Below, piece after piece: positions 57,857-64,000 of a stretch of 64,000 nucleotides of DNA. The DNA is taken from the IMG/VR virus record IMGVR_UViG_3300028025_006304, positions 1-64,000 of that record; one strand, 5' to 3'. This DNA is from a virus. How positions within the stretch are numbered: position 1 is the first letter of the stretch; every line of letters starts with the position of its first letter. The notes beneath the pieces are model-generated. The model made no database searches. It saw nothing but the letters and a program-made list of their open reading frames with translations, and had not been told where the DNA came from. The position numbers and the translations under genes are program-made.

Positions 57857-58656
57857 GAGTTAAGGAATTGTTTTATTTTAGACTGAGCCTCTGGGATAGA
57901 GACTGTTTGTTGAATAATATTTTGTACGTTTTCTTTGTTGCGTAATGATAGAATTTCCTGTTCTAGTTTTTCTTTATCAGCTCTGGATTTAGCTGCTTCT
58001 TTTTCTGTTTTTGGTTTGGTATCTTGTGGTTTGAAAGGATCAATATAACGTTTAATTATATCTTCTAAACTTCTTTTACCAAACGGATCCTTGTCTTTTG
58101 TAGTAGCTACAAAGTTTTGACCAAATAAGTTAAGGTACGGGATAAAGTTTTTTGTTACGTTTGCCCATGTTTGCATTACAATACCTGGCATCAAACTTCT
58201 ATCCTCACCAGCTGAACGCTCGAATCTATCTTCGTTTTTCTTAAGTGATTTTTCAAGTGAAGAGTATACAAATACCATCATTACATCATATCCAGCTTCC
58301 TCTAATGTTTCCTTTAATTTAACGGTTTCATTATATGATGCTGCTGTACCGTCAATGACAATATTCCCACGCTTTTCAATTTCTTGTTTTAACTCAGCCT
58401 TATAAGGTTCTTTAGCTGATGCCATTGCTATAGCTGCTCCACTTCTACCAGCAGCATCTGCTCTTTTTAGATCAAGTGAGATGCCAGCGTTGCGGAGATT
58501 TTTAATAAAATAATCATCAATATTTAGTACCGTTAAACCAAGATCACGGATTATCTCATCTGTAACAGATGATTTTCCAGCACCGGGAGCCCCAGCAAGT
58601 ATAATAGCTTTAGGAGAACCTTGTACCTCCTTTAGTAATCTTATCAGTGAAATCAT
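57853..58656 (-). CDS. Zeta-toxin-like/AAA_33 P-loop kinase
   Basis: AIILAGAPGAGKS, NIDD, VIDGT, GYDVMMVFV. Confidence 0.75.
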   Translation of the reverse strand: MISLIRLLKEVQGSPKAIILAGAPGAGKSSVTDEIIRDLGLTVLNIDDYFIKNLRNAGISLDLKRADAAGRSGAAIAMASAKEPYKAELKQEIEKRGNIVIDGTAASYNETVKLKETLEEAGYDVMMVFVYSSLEKSLKKNEDRFERSAGEDRSLMPGIVMQTWANVTKNFIPYLNLFGQNFVATTKDKDPFGKRSLEDIIKRYIDPFKPQDTKPKTEKEAAKSRADKEKLEQEILSLRNKENVQNIIQQTVSIPEAQSKIKQFLNS

Positions 58657-58671
58657 ATACGCGCGTTTACG

Positions 58672-58680
58672 TATAAATAT
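58672..58680 (-). promoter_or_regulatory. ATATTTATA late-promoter-like motif
   Basis: Upstream of the zeta-like kinase gene. Confidence 0.6.
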
Positions 58681-59453
58681 CAGAGTTCTCTCTTAACTAC
58701 AGTCTTGAACTCAGTAAAGATAGGTGAGTGATTTGGATTTTCTAGATCAAACAATTTCTTAACTGTTTTGAATATATCCATGTTTTCCTCTGTAGTGCGT
58801 TTAGATTCATATATTTCCCATCCCTTACCTTGCATAAATCCAGTTTTTGACCCACGCTTAGATGATTTGAGCCACAAAATAGCTGTGCGGTTAACTTGCT
58901 TACCGTAGCATTCCTCGTAACACGTAGCGTAGGCGGCTGTTTGTAGATCGTATGTAGTTTGTAGATGGTTGGATGTTTTGAAGTCTATAATCCATAACTC
59001 GTCCTCGATTTCGCAAACCAAGTCACAGGTGCCCGCAATCTCATATACATCGGAGAACAAATGAACTTCGGTCTCAATCAATTTAGGTTTGTATGTCTCC
59101 CAAAAATCTACAAAACGAAGAAACATCTGCCACACATCTGGATTGTGTTGTGGGTTGCCCCCCTCGTTTAGAAAATGGAGCTCTTTACCGTTTAGATATT
59201 CCTCGATTAGCTCGTGAGTGGCTGTACCTTCTTCACCTGCTTTTTTAACAATATATTCTGATGAATAGCCTACTTTTTTTAACCAATCCTCGAAGAATTT
59301 TCCTTTTGGATAAGCTGACAACACGTAAGTGATTGATGGGTAATATTTTCCGTTACGTCTATAGTAACGAGAGTCTGGCATAGTAATCTGTTTAGCATCT
59401 TCTGAAACCTCTAAAATGCGATTGTAAGATTGCTTGATGTTTCTTTTACTCAT
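58680..59453 (-). CDS. PD-(D/E)xK exonuclease (Cas4-like)
   Basis: PSIT.VL, GTATH, AGTCD, IIDFKTS, Q...Y. Confidence 0.85.
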   Translation of the reverse strand: MSKRNIKQSYNRILEVSEDAKQITMPDSRYYRRNGKYYPSITYVLSAYPKGKFFEDWLKKVGYSSEYIVKKAGEEGTATHELIEEYLNGKELHFLNEGGNPQHNPDVWQMFLRFVDFWETYKPKLIETEVHLFSDVYEIAGTCDLVCEIEDELWIIDFKTSNHLQTTYDLQTAAYATCYEECYGKQVNRTAILWLKSSKRGSKTGFMQGKGWEIYESKRTTEENMDIFKTVKKLFDLENPNHSPIFTEFKTVVKREL

Positions 59454-60382
59454 ATTAATTCGAGTTTTTTAGCCATTAAATCGTATTGAGTTAACGGGTA
59501 AGTATTTTGAATGAGGGATGTGAACTTTTCAAATCCCATTTCACCTGGATCCTTATCCTCCAGGTTTACTAAATAAACTTCCTTTCCTTCCCCTAGTAAC
59601 ATCTCGGCGTGTTTTAAAGCATCTTTCATCGCATCCTTATCCAGGGCAATATAGATTTGCTTTACAGTTGATGTTACGATCTGCTTCATTAAGTTATCTT
59701 GAATGTGTTTTCCCAAAAGTGGGATAGCGTTGCGTTTGATAGCCAAAGCATCAAATGGCCCCTCACACAATACGAGTGGAGAGGACCAGTTTACGAATAG
59801 CTCAAACGGTACTATATTTTTACTGAGTGGTGGGTTCTTGTATTTGACTGGAGAGTTCGAGTCAAAGTTGCGAGCTACAAAGTAGTTTAGTTTACCCTCG
59901 GTAGAATACGATGGTATAATGATCATCTTGTTATAGACACCACCCTCGCAATATCCTATATTGTATTTGAGTATATCGTGTTTTGAAATGCCTCGTTTTT
60001 TAAGGTAGATTAAAGCATGTCTCCCTACAATATCGTTTTCTGTTATCTCGGATAGTGGTTTAAACTCATCTGGGAGTTTGATATCGAAATGGGCTTGGTT
60101 AGTGGTAATGTGGTGTCCCGATCCTACAAGTGAGCGGAGCTCTGTTATCTTATCTTGTGGGGCATCTATAGCTTTGAATAGGCTAAGTAGTTTGGATCCT
60201 TTTTTACCACACACCCAACAATGCCATTTTTGATAAAAAGTAGCATTCTCATCGTAATTGATCTCGAGTTTGGGTTTGTGGTGATTGCAGAACGGGCACG
60301 TGTGGGCTTGATTGCCGCGTGCTGTTTGTTTGCCGGCTCCTATAACAGAGTTAACTAAGTTGACTACTAGTTGATTTACCAT
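59450..60382 (-). CDS. DNA primase (Zn finger + TOPRIM)
   Basis: CPFC.H...HCWVC; CEGPFDA; IALDKDA. Confidence 0.9.
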   Translation of the reverse strand: MVNQLVVNLVNSVIGAGKQTARGNQAHTCPFCNHHKPKLEINYDENATFYQKWHCWVCGKKGSKLLSLFKAIDAPQDKITELRSLVGSGHHITTNQAHFDIKLPDEFKPLSEITENDIVGRHALIYLKKRGISKHDILKYNIGYCEGGVYNKMIIIPSYSTEGKLNYFVARNFDSNSPVKYKNPPLSKNIVPFELFVNWSSPLVLCEGPFDALAIKRNAIPLLGKHIQDNLMKQIVTSTVKQIYIALDKDAMKDALKHAEMLLGEGKEVYLVNLEDKDPGEMGFEKFTSLIQNTYPLTQYDLMAKKLELI

Positions 60383-60388
60383 GTAGAC

Positions 60389-60421
60389 AAGATAATAAAG
60401 AAAGCTTGGATAACCAAGCTT
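60389..60421 (-). promoter_or_regulatory. Hairpin overlapping a promoter candidate upstream of primase
   Basis: AAGCTTGG-4nt-CCAAGCTT; TTGGTT-17nt-TATCTT ending 6 nt before the ATG. Confidence 0.55.
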
Positions 60422-60863
60422 ACTCTATAAAGTCTTTTCTGAAGAATTTCCCGAGCACATTATCGTTGTACCATTTTTCCGGTTCCTCCAATACCCCCAT
60501 TGTAAATAAATATTTGCACTCGTAATAGGTAAGTAGCTTTTTACTGGGAACCAACTTTAAGATGACTCTCTCGAACTCGTCTTGTCTACCTTGCTTGAGT
60601 AACTCTAAGATTGGTTTAGCTGAACCATAGTATGTTTTCCAATCGCTTTCCTTTTGGATTACCTCGGTGGTTGATTTTCTACCCCTACCAGATTGCTCAG
60701 CGAGTTGTTTTTTGGTGAGTTTTTTCTTCACGTTGTGGTATAGTACTTTCTTACCAATGTAAGAAAATCCACTTGGAACGTGAGTAACCTGATAAATAAA
60801 ACCATAGGTATCTGCTGGGAAATCTTCTAAGCTAGATACCTCTTTATTATTATATAACCACAT
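60420..60863 (-). CDS. GIY-YIG-like (Seg-type) protein
   Basis: YGFIY...YIGKK...WKTYYGS...E...YN.N. Confidence 0.7.
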   Translation of the reverse strand: MWLYNNKEVSSLEDFPADTYGFIYQVTHVPSGFSYIGKKVLYHNVKKKLTKKQLAEQSGRGRKSTTEVIQKESDWKTYYGSAKPILELLKQGRQDEFERVILKLVPSKKLLTYYECKYLFTMGVLEEPEKWYNDNVLGKFFRKDFIE

Positions 60864-60873
60864 AAATTATTAT

Positions 60874-61884
60874 TTATAATGCATACCAAGATGATCCATC
60901 CCACATATATGGTCTAGGAGGGGTACTTGCGGATACAGCAAATGACCCAGTAGCTACACCTGAAGGTAGTGGGTGGATTGGTTGCAATGTTAGAACTTGT
61001 GAGGCAGAAACTATTAAGTCCCCATTTATAGTTAAATCTCTAGTTGAAAAATCACCTAAGATAAGAGGACTAGTAGTATTAGATACTGAGCTATGTATTT
61101 TAAGTTTATTAGACTCCCCGGCTACTCCTAAAACTTCATTACCTATGTAAACATTATAATTACCTGTATTATTATTATATCCACTATTTGTGCCTACTGC
61201 AGTATTACCTGCACCTGTAGTTATATTATATAATGAATAAAATCCTAAAGCAGTATTATTATCAGCTGATGTTGCTTGTAACAAAGCTGAATCTCCAACT
61301 ATAGTATTAACTCCTCCACCTTGAAGATTAAATCCAGCTTGGTACCCTACAGCAGTATTACCATCACCTGAGGTTAAAGATAATAAAGCAGCGCTACCTA
61401 CTTGAGTGCTTGAGACATTTTTAAGTCCTACATTTACTCCATTTATCCGAGATGATCCATAAGTTTCAAATGAACCTGATATTATAGCTGATCCGGTGTA
61501 AGGGAATACTCTAACAAAAGAAGCAGTTGTAGCGAAAGATGAACTAGTACTAAAAGAAGCAGTTGTAGCAAATGATGAACTAGCAATACTACTAATGTAG
61601 GAAGCTGTTAAGGCAAATGAAGCACTTGTAGCATTAGCTGCTGTTGAAGCAAATGAAGCTGATGTGGCTAATAAAGCAGTACCATTCAAATTACCCCCAA
61701 ATGAACCAGTAAATGAACCTGACATTCCTTGAGTAGAAACTACAGAGCCTGTAATCCTAAGACTACCACTTATAGAAATATTATAAGCTGCGGTCCCTGT
61801 TAAAGCATCTACAGATTGAGTAACATGCCATGCTTCAACAGTGTTTGAAGTTGTTATCCCGGTTTTTGATAGTACTAGAGCCAT
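60874..61884 (-). CDS. Virion fibre-like protein with SASF and NTAVG repeats
   Basis: TSASF/SSSFATTASF repeats then NTA(V/L)G repeats. Confidence 0.6.
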   Translation of the reverse strand: MALVLSKTGITTSNTVEAWHVTQSVDALTGTAAYNISISGSLRITGSVVSTQGMSGSFTGSFGGNLNGTALLATSASFASTAANATSASFALTASYISSIASSSFATTASFSTSSSFATTASFVRVFPYTGSAIISGSFETYGSSRINGVNVGLKNVSSTQVGSAALLSLTSGDGNTAVGYQAGFNLQGGGVNTIVGDSALLQATSADNNTALGFYSLYNITTGAGNTAVGTNSGYNNNTGNYNVYIGNEVLGVAGESNKLKIHSSVSNTTSPLILGDFSTRDLTINGDLIVSASQVLTLQPIHPLPSGVATGSFAVSASTPPRPYMWDGSSWYAL

Positions 61885-61885
61885 T

Positions 61886-62881
61886 TTATTTATCTATATT
61901 TACTAAAATTGTTAAATCAGTGGTGTTAGATGTAGGTAAAGGTTGAGCTAATTTCCCCACGGCTAATAAGTTTTGTGCATTATCATATAACCCTACTGTT
62001 GTAACATATGGTGAGAAAAATGAACCAGTAACATTACTACTTAAATTCCCATCACTATCTCTAGCTGATGTATTTAAAGTAAAATTAAATTCATTTTCTC
62101 TAATAGTACATTTGTACTGTGTTTCATAAATAATAATTGAGCTGGAGAAAGAACATGTCACATTAGTGGATGTCATAAAACTATTAATAGAAGGAACAGC
62201 ATCTCCAGCCCCATAAACACCTACACCATAATCATCATATCCATATCCTTCAAAAGTAGCACCACCACCCCCTCCATCTGAGTATGATGATGAGTTTGTT
62301 AATATAATTAGACCTTGGGTGTATATAATATTTCCAAAATTAGCACCATTTGATTCAACTATAATATTACCCTCACCATCATCTACTAATGATACACTAG
62401 CTGAGGTAAATCTAAAAGAATTAGGTACTATATAATCACCATAAATTTTAGATGGGATAGAGATAACTCCTATAGTATTTCCTGATCCTGTAGGAATAAA
62501 TCTAGTAGGAACTAGTGTACTCTGTAAAAAATTATCATATAATGGACTTTGAATAGCCCCTATTAAAACATCTCCACTCGTATTAGAACCAGGGAATAGT
62601 ACAGGCTGAGATACATTATCTCCAGCACTAGAAGATAAATAATTGCTGTAATAAAGTTGTTTAATTGATTGGTAAATTAAAGCTTGGTATTGGGTAGACA
62701 ATGTACCTGTAGTTGATTGATCATCAAACCAATCAACATTTGTACCTAAAAACCTATCAATACCAACTAATTGACCGTCAGATCCAGTTGCCCATTGTGA
62801 ATAAGGAAAATCAAAATTTTTGTTAACCGTAAACGGTGTAACAATTATATCAGAGGCTAAAAATTGTTTCCAAGCACTCAT
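61886..62881 (-). CDS. Putative baseplate/structural protein
   Basis: C-terminal YVTTVGLYD...LLAVGKLAQP shared with the neighbour. Confidence 0.55.
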   Translation of the reverse strand: MSAWKQFLASDIIVTPFTVNKNFDFPYSQWATGSDGQLVGIDRFLGTNVDWFDDQSTTGTLSTQYQALIYQSIKQLYYSNYLSSSAGDNVSQPVLFPGSNTSGDVLIGAIQSPLYDNFLQSTLVPTRFIPTGSGNTIGVISIPSKIYGDYIVPNSFRFTSASVSLVDDGEGNIIVESNGANFGNIIYTQGLIILTNSSSYSDGGGGGATFEGYGYDDYGVGVYGAGDAVPSINSFMTSTNVTCSFSSSIIIYETQYKCTIRENEFNFTLNTSARDSDGNLSSNVTGSFFSPYVTTVGLYDNAQNLLAVGKLAQPLPTSNTTDLTILVNIDK

Positions 62882-62885
62882 TCAT

Positions 62886-63899
62886 TTAAAAATCTAACTT
62901 TATTCTAATAAGGGCTTCCTTAGTGAAATCCTTAACCAATGGTCTAGACAATTTAGCTACGGCTAATAACTCATTAGCATCGTTGTATAAACCAACTGTT
63001 GTAATATATGTTTGTGGGTTATTAATAAAGCTTGAATAAAGTACCTCACCAGTTGAACCTGAGATAAATGATGGGTTAGTTGTATAGTTAAACTCAGCGT
63101 TCTGTGGTCTTACATAAACATAATCTGAGGTAATATTTTCTTGAGAGTTTAGAGTAAATGAAGCACCAGTTTTAATAGCATCAAATAAAGCTGTATAGTT
63201 GACTGTATTGCTTGTGTTAGTAGAGGTAATTGTTAAACCTATACCACCCCCAGCTCCTCCGGCTACAGCTAAAGCTGCAGAGTTCAATAAAATAGTTCCC
63301 ATATCCGGAATAAACCAACCATATGAACCTGAGTTGGTAGAATATCCTGTTCCTGAATAAGCTGATCCATTAGATCCAGATACAATTTGGTATACTCTAG
63401 TTCCATTAATATAAGGTACTACAGAAATATCATTACTGTTATCTGTTAATTTAAGAGTAGCTCCACTCTTAGTTAATGTAAGATTTAAAGAACCTGGGAA
63501 AAGAGATTGTTTATAATTTGATCTCTCAACTGAGATAATATGGAATTGAGATTGAGTTACATTACCAAATATAAAAGCTGAGTTCTCATCCTCTAGGATA
63601 AGATTTCTATACTGACCATATAAGGTTTTGGATGGAGAATATCCTACGACATTTGTGTCATATGGTACTGAACCTGAACCTACAGCATTAGCATACCCAA
63701 CATAGAATTGGATAGCGGCTGTATCTAAAGTAGAGGCAGTTTGGTAAGTAGCTAATACATATGAACCTTGTGAGCTATTTACTTGGGTTGAGGAAGTAAA
63801 AAATGTAGTTAAGTTATATACATTATTAGTCCAACAAGGTGCTGTAACCGAATCAGCTGAGACTAAGAAATCGGATGGGGTTAATCTTTTAAATGACAT
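62886..63899 (-). CDS. Putative baseplate/structural protein
   Basis: C-terminal YITTVGLYND...LLAVAKLSRP. Confidence 0.55.
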   Translation of the reverse strand: MSFKRLTPSDFLVSADSVTAPCWTNNVYNLTTFFTSSTQVNSSQGSYVLATYQTASTLDTAAIQFYVGYANAVGSGSVPYDTNVVGYSPSKTLYGQYRNLILEDENSAFIFGNVTQSQFHIISVERSNYKQSLFPGSLNLTLTKSGATLKLTDNSNDISVVPYINGTRVYQIVSGSNGSAYSGTGYSTNSGSYGWFIPDMGTILLNSAALAVAGGAGGGIGLTITSTNTSNTVNYTALFDAIKTGASFTLNSQENITSDYVYVRPQNAEFNYTTNPSFISGSTGEVLYSSFINNPQTYITTVGLYNDANELLAVAKLSRPLVKDFTKEALIRIKLDF

Positions 63900-63908
63900 A
63901 TCTTAATC

Positions 63909-64000
63909 TTATTGTTTTGTAATAGTTACTGGGATTGTAATACGAGCACCTGAATCTCTACCTACTACTGTTAAAGTGGCTTGTAAGATTGAATTTGAAC
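63909..64000 (-). CDS. 3' end of a gene entering from outside the window
   Basis: ...SILQATLTVVGRDSGARITIPVTITKQ then TAA at 63909-63911. Confidence 0.65.
   Translation of the reverse strand, partial: SNSILQATLTVVGRDSGARITIPVTITKQ

Noticed and set aside
58680-59453. Cas4-like nuclease as part of a CRISPR system
   Set aside because: No array or other cas genes; sits beside primase like a standard phage exonuclease
60871-60878. TATAAATA in T4 sense orientation on the coding strand
   Set aside because: Single instance overlapping a stop codon in AT-rich DNA; consistent with chance
1-64000. Stop-codon reassignment
   Set aside because: Core genes are full length in the standard code and end in TAA, TGA or TAG

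Overview
AT-rich segment of a large dsDNA tailed phage with a contractile tail. Essentially every real gene lies on the minus strand. The window holds a nearly complete T4-like morphogenesis set: terminase, portal, prohead protease, scaffold, major capsid, neck proteins, tail terminator, sheath, tube, tape measure, baseplate and hub with a tail lysozyme. Accessory content includes a 255-triplet collagen-like fibre, three Cys-rich S74-chaperone spike paralogs, a seven-gene glycosyl/hydroxyl/sulfo-transfer cluster, four free-standing endonuclease genes, PhoH, a primase, a Cas4-like nuclease, and about 15 kb of small modular proteins. A Bacteroidota host is inferred from A/T-rich starts lacking Shine-Dalgarno motifs and an Hc1-like gene. 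Most notable hypotheses, all inferred from sequence only: (1) many accessory proteins share an N-terminal leader and internal [ILV]-x-E sites, suggesting capsid-packaged, protease-matured cargo and polyproteins, with one module bounded by a perfect 25-bp repeat; (2) a virion-decoration system, with an [S/T]-G-S motif enriched in probably exposed virion proteins; (3) a +1/-2 frameshift in the tail assembly chaperone; (4) a late-promoter-like motif that is the T4 consensus in inverted orientation. No CRISPR array, tRNA, rRNA, DGR or intein was seen.
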